Positions 28,210 to 38,224 of a stretch of DNA of 64,000 bases are shown here, piece by piece. A model generated the notes under the pieces. That model worked only from the letters and a program-made list of their open reading frames with translations, ran no database searches and was not told the DNA's origin. A program made the position numbers and the translations under genes. The stretch covers positions 484,713 to 548,712 of the forward strand of contig CAWFFM010000001.1 in NCBI GenBank assembly GCA_963815125.1, written 5' to 3'. Each line of letters starts with the position of its first letter. The first letter of the stretch is position 1. Source of the stretch: an uncultured Actinomycetota bacterium (GTDB taxonomy: Bacteria; Actinomycetota; Actinomycetes; Mycobacteriales; Micromonosporaceae).

Positions 28210-29958
28210 TCAGTCGAAGTCCTCCTCCCAGAACTCGCCGGTGGCGCGGACCGTACGGTCCTCCCCGGTTCCGTGCACGTCGGTCTCCCGGCCGCGCAGT
28301 TCGACCCGGCGGATCTTTCCGGAGATCGTTTTCGGCAGCTCGGCGAACTGGATGCGGCGTAGCCGCTTGTACGGGGACAGGTGCTCACGGGCGTAGCGCA
28401 GGATGTCGCGGGCCGTACCGGCATCGGCCGGTACCCCGGCTGCCACCACCACGTACGCCTTCGGTACGGCCAGCCGGACCGGATCCGGTGAGGGCACCAC
28501 CGCCGCCTCCACCACCGCCGGGTGCTCCAACAGGACGCTCTCCAGTTCGAACGGTGAGATCTTGTAGTCGGAGGCCTTGAACACGTCGTCGGCCCGACCG
28601 ACGTAGGTCAGATAGCCGTCGGCGTCGCGGGATGCCACGTCGCCGGTGTGGTAGAAACCGCCACGGGTCACCTCCGCGGTACGTTGCGGATCGTCGCGGT
28701 ATCCGGTCATCAGGGGCAACGGCCGCTCGGCCAGGTCGAGGCAGATCTCACCTTCCACCCCGGGCTGTTCGACCACCTGGCCGGTGGCGGGGTCCACCAG
28801 GGCGATCCGGTAGCCGGGCAGCGGCCGGCCCATCGAGCCTTCCTTCAGCAACTGGCCCGGGGTGTTGCCGATCTGACAGGTCGTCTCGGTCTGGCCGTAC
28901 CCGTCCCGGATGGTCAGCCCCCAGGCGCGGCGTACCTGTTCGATGACCTCCGGGTTGAGGGGTTCACCGGCGCTGCCCACCTCACGCAGGGACAGGTCGT
29001 CGGCGCCGAGTTCGGCCTGGATGAGCATCCGCCACACGGTCGGTGGTGCGCAGAAGGTGCTGACCGCACATCGACGCAACACATCCATCAACCCCGCGGC
29101 GTCGAAGCGCGTGTAGTTGTACACGAGGATCGTCGCGCCGGCGTTCCATGGCGCGAACACGTTGCTCCAGGCGTGTTTCGCCCAGCCGGGGGAGGAGATG
29201 TTCAGATGTACGTCGCCGGGCCGCAGTCCCAGCCAGTACATGGTGCTCAGGTGCCCGACCGGGTAGCTGGTGTGGGTGTGCTCGACGAGTTTGGGCTGGG
29301 CGGTGGTGCCGGAGGTGAAGTAGAGCAGCAGGGGTTCGTCGGCCCTGGTCCGGACGGCCGGCGGTTCGCCGCTGAAGCCGTACGCGTCGGAGTAACGCAG
29401 CCACCCTTCGACCGGTTCGCCGACCGCGATCCGGGTGTATCCACCGGGTACCTGGTCGAACTTCGGTGCGTCGGCGGAGCCGGCCACCACGTGCCGGGCC
29501 TCGCCCCGGGTCACCCGGTCATGCAGGTCGGCAGGGCCCAGCAGGGTGGTCGCCGGGATGATCACCGCACCGAGGCGCATCGCGGCCAGCAGCGTTTCCC
29601 ACAGCTCGATCTGGTTACCGAGCATGAGTACGATCCGGTCGCCGCGGGCGACTCCTTCGGCGGCCAGCCAACCGGCCAGCTGACTGGACCGTTCGGTCAG
29701 ATCCTCGAAGGTGAGCCTGGTTTCCGAACCATCCTGCTCGACGATCCACAGCGCCACCTGATCGGGCGATTCGGCGGTCAGGACGTCATCGAACCAGTCG
29801 GTCGCCCAGTTGAAGGTGTCCAGTTCTGGCCAGCGGAAGTCGCCGTCGGCTGTCGCGTAGTCGTCCCGATGTGTCAGCAGAAGGTCTCGAGCGGCACGAA
29901 ATCGGGCGGTACTCTCGCCCGCCGACGTGTGATTGATCCGATTATGCGCCATATGCAC
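28210..29958 (-). CDS. AMP-binding acyl-CoA synthetase (ACSM/medium-chain type)
   Basis: The motifs are LLYFTSGTTAQPKLVEHTH (the AMP-binding P-loop-like motif), GYGQTE, YHTGD and PKTISGKIRRVELR. Confidence 0.85.
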   Translation of the reverse strand: MHMAHNRINHTSAGESTARFRAARDLLLTHRDDYATADGDFRWPELDTFNWATDWFDDVLTAESPDQVALWIVEQDGSETRLTFEDLTERSSQLAGWLAAEGVARGDRIVLMLGNQIELWETLLAAMRLGAVIIPATTLLGPADLHDRVTRGEARHVVAGSADAPKFDQVPGGYTRIAVGEPVEGWLRYSDAYGFSGEPPAVRTRADEPLLLYFTSGTTAQPKLVEHTHTSYPVGHLSTMYWLGLRPGDVHLNISSPGWAKHAWSNVFAPWNAGATILVYNYTRFDAAGLMDVLRRCAVSTFCAPPTVWRMLIQAELGADDLSLREVGSAGEPLNPEVIEQVRRAWGLTIRDGYGQTETTCQIGNTPGQLLKEGSMGRPLPGYRIALVDPATGQVVEQPGVEGEICLDLAERPLPLMTGYRDDPQRTAEVTRGGFYHTGDVASRDADGYLTYVGRADDVFKASDYKISPFELESVLLEHPAVVEAAVVPSPDPVRLAVPKAYVVVAAGVPADAGTARDILRYAREHLSPYKRLRRIQFAELPKTISGKIRRVELRGRETDVHGTGEDRTVRATGEFWEEDFD

Positions 29959-30225
29959 CCTTCTTGAAGATCTTACTGCTGCCGACGGTTACCAGGTAGG
30001 CACCGAGGGAAAGCTCTCAGGTATCTCCCAGGGTCTCCCAGGGCTACCCGCAGTTGCGCACGGTTCCATGAAAGAGCTAGGAGTGCAGCACGGTGCGGAT
30101 GGGTAACCGAAAGGGCAACGGTGATGGGCCATACACCCTAGCTCGGAATCAACCCGATCGACACGGCGTTGTGCGAGTCGTAGGGCCGCACAGCGGGGGC
30201 AGTGAAGCACGGGAGGGCGACGAAC

Positions 30226-31167
30226 GTGGCGAACAACACGGGTATTCGTACCGACGAGGTTGCCGAGGAACGTGACCTGGTCGGTGTGTACCTGCATGAG
30301 ATTTCCAGGACGTCGTTGCTCGACGCCGCAGGCGAGGTCGACCTCGCCCGGTCGGTCGAAGCCGGGCTGTACGCCGAGCGTCTGCTCGACGCGGGTCAGT
30401 CGGTAGGTGGCGCGTCGCGCGATGAACTGCACCGCCTGGTGGCCGAGGGGCACCGGGCCAAGGAACAGTTCGTCAAGGCGAACCTGCGGCTGGTGGTCTC
30501 CATCGCCCGCCGGTACGTGCGCAGCGGTATGCCGATGCTGGATCTCATCCAGGAAGGCAACACCGGACTGGTCCGCGCGGTCGAGAAGTTCGACTACGAG
30601 CGCGGCTTCAAATTCTCCACCTACGCGACGTGGTGGATCAGGCAGGCCATCAGCCGCGCGATCGCCCAGCAGGAGCGGACCGTCCGGCTGCCGGTGCACC
30701 TGGTCGAGGATGTCAACCGGATGCGCAACATGACCCGGCAGCTGACCCGCGAACTGGGGCAGGATCCGGAGGCCGAACAGCTGGCACATGCCCTGGGTGT
30801 GACGGTCGAACGGATCAACGAGCTCAAGCGCTGGTCGCAGGACACCGTGTCGCTGGACACTCCGGTCGGCGACGACGGCGACACCAACCTCGGCGACCTG
30901 GTCGCCGACTCCGATGCGCCCAGCCCGGAGGAACTGGTTCTCGCCGGAATGGAACGGGAGCGCGTCGAGTCGCTGCTGGGACATCTGGACGACCGTTCGG
31001 CCGGTATCGTGCGCTCGCGCTACGGCCTGGACGACGGTCGGGAGCACTCGCTGACCGAGGTCGCGCAGCGCTTCGGGCTGTCCCGGGAACGGATCCGCCA
31101 GCTGGAGATCCAGGCCCTGCACCGGCTGCGCGAGCTGGCCAGTGCCGGCGGACTCGACGCAGCCTGA
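30226..31167 (+). CDS. RNA polymerase sigma-70 family factor, group 2 (SigB/Hrd-like, lacks region 1.1)
   Basis: The motifs are LVGVYLHEISRTSLLDAAGEVDLAR, DLIQEGNTGLVRAVEKFDYERGFKFSTYATWWIRQAISRAI, RLPVH..E, and region 4 LTEVAQRFGLSRERIRQLE. The GTG at 30226 lies 8 nt after GGGAGGG. The ORF as listed starts at 30202. Confidence 0.9.
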   Translation: MANNTGIRTDEVAEERDLVGVYLHEISRTSLLDAAGEVDLARSVEAGLYAERLLDAGQSVGGASRDELHRLVAEGHRAKEQFVKANLRLVVSIARRYVRSGMPMLDLIQEGNTGLVRAVEKFDYERGFKFSTYATWWIRQAISRAIAQQERTVRLPVHLVEDVNRMRNMTRQLTRELGQDPEAEQLAHALGVTVERINELKRWSQDTVSLDTPVGDDGDTNLGDLVADSDAPSPEELVLAGMERERVESLLGHLDDRSAGIVRSRYGLDDGREHSLTEVAQRFGLSRERIRQLEIQALHRLRELASAGGLDAA

Positions 31168-31325
31168 TGCCGGGTCGAGACACCCGACGGTGACAGTGGC
31201 GGGAGGCCGACGGCGGCCTCCCGCCACTTCTGTCTCTGTTCTGCCTGTCCGGCCCGATGCGCTGTGGGTGCGAAACGGCCTAACATCAGAGGATCCTGGC
31301 CGTGTGTCGACCGCAGGAGGGCCCC

Positions 31326-31721
31326 ATGTCGGTGTCGGACGAGGCGCACAACGAACGACCGGTCAGCGGAGCTGGTCGCAACGACCGGGATGCCCGGGAG
31401 AACGGTGCGGCGTACGCCAGGGAAGCCGTGGAACTGTTGGCGCACAGCATGCGCCCGGGCGACGACTTCGCGGACAAGCATCTGTCCCAGGCCACTGTGC
31501 ACGCGGTCCTGGCCCTCTACTGCGAACTGCGACACCAGGCCGATACGTCACCGGTCGTCGACGCAGCGGCCGGAGCGATCAGCGGAATGCAGCAGATGCA
31601 GGAGCTCACCGAGGCGTTGCGGCACAACACCGAGGCGCTGATCGCCTACCGGCGCGACATCGGGGTCGGGCCGGTGACTGGTGCCGAGGCAGCTGAGGTG
31701 ACGGCGCCCGAAGCCGGATGA
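31326..31721 (+). CDS. hypothetical protein (helical, no recognisable family)
   Basis: Taken from ORF 31302..31721. The ATG at 31326 lies after GCAGGAGGG. Third-codon positions are GC-rich. I recognise no motif. Confidence 0.4.
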   Translation: MSVSDEAHNERPVSGAGRNDRDARENGAAYAREAVELLAHSMRPGDDFADKHLSQATVHAVLALYCELRHQADTSPVVDAAAGAISGMQQMQELTEALRHNTEALIAYRRDIGVGPVTGAEAAEVTAPEAG

Positions 31722-31776
31722 ACGACGGCGCGGGACAGCCTCCCGTAGAGGCCGCCCCGCGCCGGGGTTACGCCGT

Positions 31777-32464
31777 TCAGCTGGCGTACGGGCTGGCGCC
31801 AGAGGTCGGTTCGAAGGTCTCCTCATAGCTGGTCCCGCTCGCCGAGGAGTCACCGCTGCCCCCGCCCTGGCCGCCGGTGTCGTCCTGTCCGGAGGCGGTG
31901 GAGCCGGAGTCCGAGCCGCCGCCCGACGCATCCTGGCCGCTTCCGTCGCTGCTGGAACTGCCCGAGCCATCGGCGGGCACCCCGTCGCCGTGCTGCGGGC
32001 CCGGGTCGTTGGCGTCGGGCCGAGCTGCTGTCGCCGGACTGGGCGCCGCTGTCTGCCCCGCCGTCGGCGGAGCTGCCGGAAGCGGCTGGATCGCCGGTGT
32101 CCGAGGCGCCGTCGGAACCGGACTGCCCGCCGCTGCCGGCCGCAGACGGGTTGTCGGAGCCGGTGTCGCCGTCGGCGGAGCTGCCGGCGGCAGACGGGGC
32201 GCCCGTGTCGGTGTCCGAGCTGGCGGTCGAGTCGCCAGCGCCGCTGTCGGAGGAATCGCCAGCGCCGTACGGGTCGCTGCTGTCCGGCGCGCTGTAGTCA
32301 TCGGCCGCGGTGGGATCGGGTGTGGAGTCCACCGGACCGTCCAGCCCCGGGATGCCGCCTGGGTCGTGACCCGGATCGCTGGCGTCCGGCCACGCGTCGT
32401 GACCGCCGCCGAACGGATCGGCGTCCATCCCGTCGGGCATGTCCCACGTACCGTCGAGGCTCAT
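31777..32464 (-). pseudogene. acidic Asp/Ser/Gly-rich low-complexity protein gene whose reading frame changes once, near 32017 (frameshift, indel or sequencing error)
   Basis: The frame starting at ATG 32464 (MSLDGTWDMPDGMDADPFGG...SGDSSSA) turns Arg-rich after about 32020. An adjacent frame continues with the same acidic composition (DANDPGPQHGDGVPADGSGSSSSDGSG...YEETFEPTSGASPYAS) to the stop at 31777. Removing one G from the GGG run at 32017-32019 joins the two seamlessly. Confidence 0.4.
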
Positions 32465-32824
32465 CTGCTCACTTCTCTCTCGCGTCGCGGCAACCTGACA
32501 GGCCGTGCTGGCCTGGCACCTGGGCGGGGGATCGGTACGTCTCTGTAAGCACCCACCACGGGTAACCCTAGGCATGTGAAGCAACAGAACTGATCCCCGA
32601 AACGTGCCAACGCGCCGGTTCGACCGGGCAGCGCGCGTGGACGTACGGAACCCGGCGACGACTGCGGAGAGTGTTCAGAGAATGATGAGTAGTCACCACT
32701 GACGAACATGCTCACTCAGCTTCGGGTCGGCACTCCCTCCACCCGGCCGGCCCATGGCGTGCTGGTCCGGTGTACGGCACCGCCAGATGCCACAACGGGT
32801 GCGCCCTCAACCCGGAGGTGACGG

Positions 32825-33748
32825 ATGCCTGATGCTCGATCGCCGCTACGGCTCATGACCTGGAATCTGTGTGGCGGTGGACGGGGGACCCCGGCCGGCG
32901 ACACGCTGGACCTGATGGCCGACGTGATCGCCGATGCCGCACCAGATGTATTGTGCTGCACCGAGACGGCGGGGGCCACCGAGCGGCTCGTCCGACGCTG
33001 CCGCGAGGCCGGGCGGGCCGACTACCGCGGCTACCGGCTCGCCGTCAGGGGCACCGACGACAATCTCTCGATCATCACCCGCCTGCCGGTACACGCCCGG
33101 TTGACCTGCTCGCCCGGCCGCACGGTGGACAGTTACAACCTCGGTGGTCTACGACTCGGGCTGCCCGGCGGTGGCGCGGTGGCGGTGTTCGGCGTCTGGC
33201 TGCGTTTCGACGTGGGAATCGTCGAGGCATTGGAGACGACCGCAGAGGAGTGCGCAACCGGGCGGGAACGTACCCGTACCGACGAGGAACTGGCCCTGCT
33301 GGAAATGCCTCAACTGGTCAACATCGAGGAGATCCTGTCCGAGCACCTGCCGGTGATGGTGCCCGACGATGCGGTGCCCGTGGTGCTGGCCGGTGGTTTC
33401 AACACCGAATCGCATCTGGACGCCGACGGCGTAGACCTTCCGTACCAGCCGAACTGGCAGGTCACCCGGCAGTTGGCGAAGGCCGGGTTCGTGGACGCCT
33501 ACCGCACCGCGCACCCGGGTCCCGGCGAGCGGCCCGGCAGCACGTACAACCCGCTCCTGGCCGACCAACGGTTGCCGCACCGCATCGACTACGTGTTCGC
33601 CGGTGGGCAGGGCATCGAGGTGCTCGACGCCCGGGTGCTCGACCGCCGGCTGGCCCAGCACGGTCCCGGACCCTTCTACTCCGATCATGCCGCGCTCCTG
33701 GTCGACCTGCGGGTACCGGACGGTGCCGCGGCAGCCGATGACGGCTGA
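32825..33748 (+). CDS. endonuclease/exonuclease/phosphatase (EEP) family protein
   Basis: The motifs are LRLMTWNLCGG at the N-terminus, VLCCTE, HRIDYVF and YSDHAALLVDL at the C-terminus. The ATG lies after GGAGG. Confidence 0.75.
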   Translation: MPDARSPLRLMTWNLCGGGRGTPAGDTLDLMADVIADAAPDVLCCTETAGATERLVRRCREAGRADYRGYRLAVRGTDDNLSIITRLPVHARLTCSPGRTVDSYNLGGLRLGLPGGGAVAVFGVWLRFDVGIVEALETTAEECATGRERTRTDEELALLEMPQLVNIEEILSEHLPVMVPDDAVPVVLAGGFNTESHLDADGVDLPYQPNWQVTRQLAKAGFVDAYRTAHPGPGERPGSTYNPLLADQRLPHRIDYVFAGGQGIEVLDARVLDRRLAQHGPGPFYSDHAALLVDLRVPDGAAAADDG

Positions 33749-33783
33749 GGGCCGGTGGCGTAGCGGGCCGTAGGATTCCGGGC

Positions 33784-34605
33784 GTGATCCTCGGTCTTGT
33801 CGGTGCGTTGTCCGCTGCGGTGTTCTTCGGGGTCGCCTCCGCACTCCAGGCGCGGGGCGCCCGCGCGGTACCCGCCACCGACCGCATCGACCCGCGCGGT
33901 CTGCTGCGCGTGGCACGTCAGTGGCCGTACCTGCTGGGACTTGTCTGCGATCTGGTGGGTTTCCTGGCCGAGCTGACGGCGCTGCGGGAACTGCCGCTGT
34001 TCGCGGTGCAGGCGGCGGTGGCCTCCAGCCTGGCCGTCACCGCCATCGTCACCGCGGCACTGCTCGGCGTCCGGTTGACCCGCCGCGAATGGGTCGCCGT
34101 ACTGGCGGTCTGCATCGGACTGGCCGCGCTGGGGCTGTCCGCCGGGGTGGAAGGCGCCCGGGTGGATCCGGACTTCCGGTGGGGGCTGGGCGCGGCCAGC
34201 CTCGTGCTGGTCGGTGCCGGGCTGGTCGCAGGTCGGGTACGTCGTGGTCGGTGCCTGCTGCTGGGCGTGATCGGTGGGCTCGGATTCGGCGTGGTGGCCG
34301 TGGCGGCCCGGATCGTGACCGGGTTCGCACCGGGTGAGCTGGTCACCGATCCGGCCGCGTACCTGATGGTGGTCGGCGGGGTGGTCGGCTTTGCCTGCTA
34401 CACGACGGCATTGCAGTCCGGGCCGGTGACGACGGCGACGGCCGGCCTGGTGGTCGGTGAGACCGTACTGCCCGCGCTGGTCGGGGTCCTGCTGCTCGGT
34501 GACGGAACCCGACCGGGATTCGGCCCGATCGCGGTGGGCGGCTTCCTGCTGGCGGTGGCCGGGGCGCTGAGCCTTGGCCGGTTCGGCGAACCCGCCCAGG
34601 CCTAG
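33784..34605 (+). CDS. polytopic integral membrane protein (about 8-9 TM), family not recognised
   Basis: Hydrophobic helices run throughout. The start is GTG. Its stop codon overlaps the stop of convergent lysX within CTAG (34602-34605). Confidence 0.55.
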   Translation: MILGLVGALSAAVFFGVASALQARGARAVPATDRIDPRGLLRVARQWPYLLGLVCDLVGFLAELTALRELPLFAVQAAVASSLAVTAIVTAALLGVRLTRREWVAVLAVCIGLAALGLSAGVEGARVDPDFRWGLGAASLVLVGAGLVAGRVRRGRCLLLGVIGGLGFGVVAVAARIVTGFAPGELVTDPAAYLMVVGGVVGFACYTTALQSGPVTTATAGLVVGETVLPALVGVLLLGDGTRPGFGPIAVGGFLLAVAGALSLGRFGEPAQA

Positions 34606-37600
34606 TCGCCGGCCCGACTGCTCGGGCGGACCAACGGGAACGGCAGGGTCTCGCGGATGGACCGGCCGGTGAGCAGCATGACGATACGGTCCACCCCGAG
34701 GCCGAGTCCGCCGGTCGGCGGCATCGCGTACTCCAGTGCGTGCAGGAAACTCTCGTCCAGCTCCATCGCCTCGGGGTCGCCGCCCGCCGCCTGCAGCGAC
34801 TGGGCGGTCAGCCGACGTCGCTGTTCCAGTGGATCGGTCAGCTCGGTGTAGGCGGTACCGATCTCGGCGCCGAACGCGACCAGGTCCCATCGCTCGGCCA
34901 GCCGGGGATCCCGGCGGTGTGCCCGGGTCAACGGGGAGACCTCGGTGGGGAAGTCGAGGTAGAAGGTGGGACGTTCGGTGTTGCGCTCCACCAGCTGCTC
35001 GTACAGTTCCAGCAGCAGATCACCGCGGCTGCCGGCCGGGTCGTACGCGATGCCCAGCCGGTCCAGATGCCCGGCCAGTTCGGCGTGCCCGGTGTCCGCC
35101 GTGACCGGTGCGCCGACAGCGTCGCTGACCGCCTCGTCGACGGTACGGACCGGCCACTCGCCGTCGATGTCCACATCGGACACTTCGCCGTCCGGGCCGA
35201 CGCGCCGGGCCACCGGTCGACCGTACGCGGCGACCGCAGCCTCCTGGATCAGCTCCCGGGTCAGCTCCAACATGCTGCGGTAGTCGCCGTACGCCTGGTA
35301 GGCCTCCAGGATGGTGAACTCCGGGTTGTGGGTGGCGTCCGCGCCCTCGTTGCGGAACGTGCGGCCGATCTCGAAGACCTTGCCCAGTCCGCCGACGCAG
35401 AGCCGTTTGAGGTACAGCTCCGGGGCGATGCGCAGATACAGATCGAGATCGTAGGCGTTGATGTGGGTACGGAACGGTCGTGCGTTCGCGCCGCCGTGCA
35501 CCTGTTGCAGTACCGGCGTCTCCACCTCCAGGAAACCCCGCCGGTGCAGGGATTCGCGCAGGCCGCGTACCGCTGCGGACCGTACGGTCATCAGTTCCCG
35601 GGCCGCCGGATTGACCACGAGGTCGAGATAGCGGTGCCGTACCCGGGCCTCCGGATCGGTGAGCCCGGCGTGCTTGTCGGGCAGCGGCCGCAGGCACTTC
35701 GCGGTCATCGTCCAGGACCTCACCAGTACGGACAGCTCCCCGCGTCGGCTGGTGACCACCTCACCGTCCACCGCGATCTGGTCGCCGAGGTCCACATCGG
35801 AGCGCCAGCGGGCCATCTGCTCTGCCGGCAACGTCTCCGCAGCCAGAATGATCTGCAGGTCCCCGGACGGGTCGCGCAGTCGACCGAAGCACACCCCGCC
35901 GAGGTCGCGGGACAGCATGATCCGACCGGCGATGCGGACCAGGTCCCCGGTGCGGTGGTCGGCGGTCAACCCCGGATGGGCTGCACGGATCGACGCGCAG
36001 TCGTCCGGCACCGGTTCGACCACCGGGTACGGATCGATGCCGGCGGTGCGCATCTTCTCCACCTTCGACATCCGCAGCGTGACCTGCTCCGGCAGCCGGT
36101 CGTGGTCTGCTGCCGGCTGCCCGGCGGCGGGCCCCGGCAGGGCGTGGGCCGGGGGCGCGTCAGCTGCGCCGGGCCCGCCCTCCGTCGTATCCGGTGGAGA
36201 CACCGGCGGTACGGCCGCGCGGTCCCGTCCCCGGGTGAGCAACGCCGAAAGGCTCGGTACGGTCAGGAACCCCTCGGCGACCGCGGAGGCGATGCCGACC
36301 TTCGCCACATGCCGGGCCTCGTCGAAGCACAGGAACCGGGGCACCCACTGCGGCCGGTACTTCACGTTCGCGCGGTAGAGCGACTCGATCTGCCACCAGC
36401 GGGACAGAAACAGCAGCAGCTTGCGCCACAGGCGCAGTATCGGACCCGCCCCGATCCGCGAACCCTCCTCGAACGCGGTACGGAACACTGCGAAGTTGAG
36501 TGAGATCCGGTGGATGGCCAACGCCCTGGCGTGGTGTACCAGGCCGTCGACCATGAACTCCATCAGCCCGTTGTCGGCGTCCCGGTCGCGACGCATCAGG
36601 TCCAGCGAGAGTCCGTCGGTGCCCCACGGCGCGAAGGACAGGATGGCTGCCTCGGTGCCGTCCGGCGCGATCGCCTCGACCAGCACGCACCGACCGTCGG
36701 CGGGGTCACCGAGCCGGCCCAGGGCCATCGAGAATCCACGCTCGGTCTCGGTGTCCCGCCAGGTCTCGGCGCGGGCGATGATCGTGGCCATCTCTTCGGC
36801 CGCGATCTCGGCGTGCCGGCGGATCCGGAGCCGGTACCCGGCCCGAGCGACCCGGCGTACGGCCTGGCGCACCGCGCGCATCTCGCGGCCGTCCAGGGAG
36901 AAGTCCGCGACGTTCAGAATGGCCTCGTCGCCGAGTTGCAGGACGCGGAGCCCGGCGCGCGCGTACGCCGTCGCGCCGGTCTCGCTGGCCCCCATCACCG
37001 CCGGGGTCCAGGCGTACTGGCGGGACATGCCCAACCAGGCGTCGATGGCCGGGGCCCAGGCCTCCGGGTCGCCGATCGGGTCACCGGAGGCGAGGCTGAC
37101 CCCCTGTACGACCCGGTAGGTGACGGCCGCCTTTCCGCTGGGGGAGAAGATCGCCGACTTGTCCCGGCGGGTCGCGAAGTACCCCAGCGAGTCACGCTGC
37201 CCGGCGGTGTCGAGCAGCGCCCGGATCCGCTGCTCGTCGTGGGCCGGGAGGCCGGCCGCGCTGCGCTGCGAGCGCAGCAGCACCAGCAGCGCGGCGAACA
37301 TCGCCAGGGCGGCGCAGAAGCCCGACAGCAGGCCGATCCAGTGCGGCGCACCGGCCGGGCCGTGCAGCGGGTCGGAACTGCTGAGCAGCCGGTGCAATGC
37401 CCACGAGGCGCGGGTGCGCCTGCCCTGCAGGCTGCCGGGATCCAGCGACACCAGGGCGAAACCGAGTACGAACGAGGAGGTGAGTCCGAGGACGAAGATG
37501 ACAAGTGCCCGGCGGAAACTGCCGCTCTGCACGCGGGCGTAGAACTCGCCACGGGCGGCGTACAGCACGACGAGTTCGGCGCCGACCACCGCGATCCCGG

Positions 37601-38135
37601 CCGCGGTGAACACCAGGTCGATGGTGTAGCGGTCGATGTCCTGATGGGCCAGGAACCGGACGGAGAGCACCAGAAGTACGCCGAGAATGTTGAGCAGCAG
37701 TGCCATCGCGAGCAGCCCGGTGAGGATCATGCCGGCGACCCGTTTACGCCGGGACACCGCGACGGCCAGGATGAGCAGGAACGCGACGTACGCCAGGTTC
37801 ACCGAGGCGGGCAGGCCGAGTGTCTCCAGGATGGCGGTGGGCCAGTACAGGTAGCTGCGCAGCGGCGGAATGACCGCCCGGACCACTCCGTAGCAGGCCA
37901 GCATCACCAGGTATCCGGCGAACAGCCGGGGCACCCTGGGACGCAACCTGGTCCACAGGTCTGCACCGGCTGCCGTCTTCGTTTCGCTCGCCACCTGTTC
38001 CGCCCCCGCTGTCGCCGACGTCTTGAGGCCACGCGACTGCCCGGAAGGATGCCGCTCTCCCAGGGGGTGAGACGTCAGGTCAGGCGTACGCAGTGGAGCG
38101 TGGACCGGACGGGCGGCGGCTCGACGCACCGGCAC
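34602..38135 (-). CDS. lysX: bifunctional lysylphosphatidylglycerol synthase / lysine--tRNA ligase (MprF-like membrane domain fused to class II LysRS)
   Basis: The N-terminal part of about 600 aa is polytopic membrane plus an MprF C-terminal-like domain. The C-terminal part has the LysRS OB fold and class II motifs (FLEVETPVLQ, FEIGRTFRNEG, GGLGLGVDRIVMLLTG). The start is uncertain and could be internal. Confidence 0.9.
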   Translation of the reverse strand: MPVRRAAARPVHAPLRTPDLTSHPLGERHPSGQSRGLKTSATAGAEQVASETKTAAGADLWTRLRPRVPRLFAGYLVMLACYGVVRAVIPPLRSYLYWPTAILETLGLPASVNLAYVAFLLILAVAVSRRKRVAGMILTGLLAMALLLNILGVLLVLSVRFLAHQDIDRYTIDLVFTAAGIAVVGAELVVLYAARGEFYARVQSGSFRRALVIFVLGLTSSFVLGFALVSLDPGSLQGRRTRASWALHRLLSSSDPLHGPAGAPHWIGLLSGFCAALAMFAALLVLLRSQRSAAGLPAHDEQRIRALLDTAGQRDSLGYFATRRDKSAIFSPSGKAAVTYRVVQGVSLASGDPIGDPEAWAPAIDAWLGMSRQYAWTPAVMGASETGATAYARAGLRVLQLGDEAILNVADFSLDGREMRAVRQAVRRVARAGYRLRIRRHAEIAAEEMATIIARAETWRDTETERGFSMALGRLGDPADGRCVLVEAIAPDGTEAAILSFAPWGTDGLSLDLMRRDRDADNGLMEFMVDGLVHHARALAIHRISLNFAVFRTAFEEGSRIGAGPILRLWRKLLLFLSRWWQIESLYRANVKYRPQWVPRFLCFDEARHVAKVGIASAVAEGFLTVPSLSALLTRGRDRAAVPPVSPPDTTEGGPGAADAPPAHALPGPAAGQPAADHDRLPEQVTLRMSKVEKMRTAGIDPYPVVEPVPDDCASIRAAHPGLTADHRTGDLVRIAGRIMLSRDLGGVCFGRLRDPSGDLQIILAAETLPAEQMARWRSDVDLGDQIAVDGEVVTSRRGELSVLVRSWTMTAKCLRPLPDKHAGLTDPEARVRHRYLDLVVNPAARELMTVRSAAVRGLRESLHRRGFLEVETPVLQQVHGGANARPFRTHINAYDLDLYLRIAPELYLKRLCVGGLGKVFEIGRTFRNEGADATHNPEFTILEAYQAYGDYRSMLELTRELIQEAAVAAYGRPVARRVGPDGEVSDVDIDGEWPVRTVDEAVSDAVGAPVTADTGHAELAGHLDRLGIAYDPAGSRGDLLLELYEQLVERNTERPTFYLDFPTEVSPLTRAHRRDPRLAERWDLVAFGAEIGTAYTELTDPLEQRRRLTAQSLQAAGGDPEAMELDESFLHALEYAMPPTGGLGLGVDRIVMLLTGRSIRETLPFPLVRPSSRAGD

Positions 38136-38224
38136 CGGTCCACAGAACCTCGGAATCTGCCCTCAAGCCTAGAACCGCATACGCAAGAGACCGGCAAGCG
38201 GGAGTCGATCAGGGCCGGGAACTT

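Noticed and set aside
30024-30043. A perfect tandem duplication TCTCCCAGGG-TCTCCCAGGG in the acyl-CoA synthetase / sigma factor divergent region.
   Set aside because: There are only two short copies, with no dyad symmetry and no clear positional relation to either start codon. Chance or slippage cannot be excluded, so there is not enough to call a site.
34602-34605. The convergent membrane-protein gene and lysX share overlapping stop codons within the palindrome CTAG.
   Set aside because: This is real but trivial: tail-to-tail overlaps of a few nucleotides are common in compact GC-rich genomes. No hairpin or other signal is associated with it.
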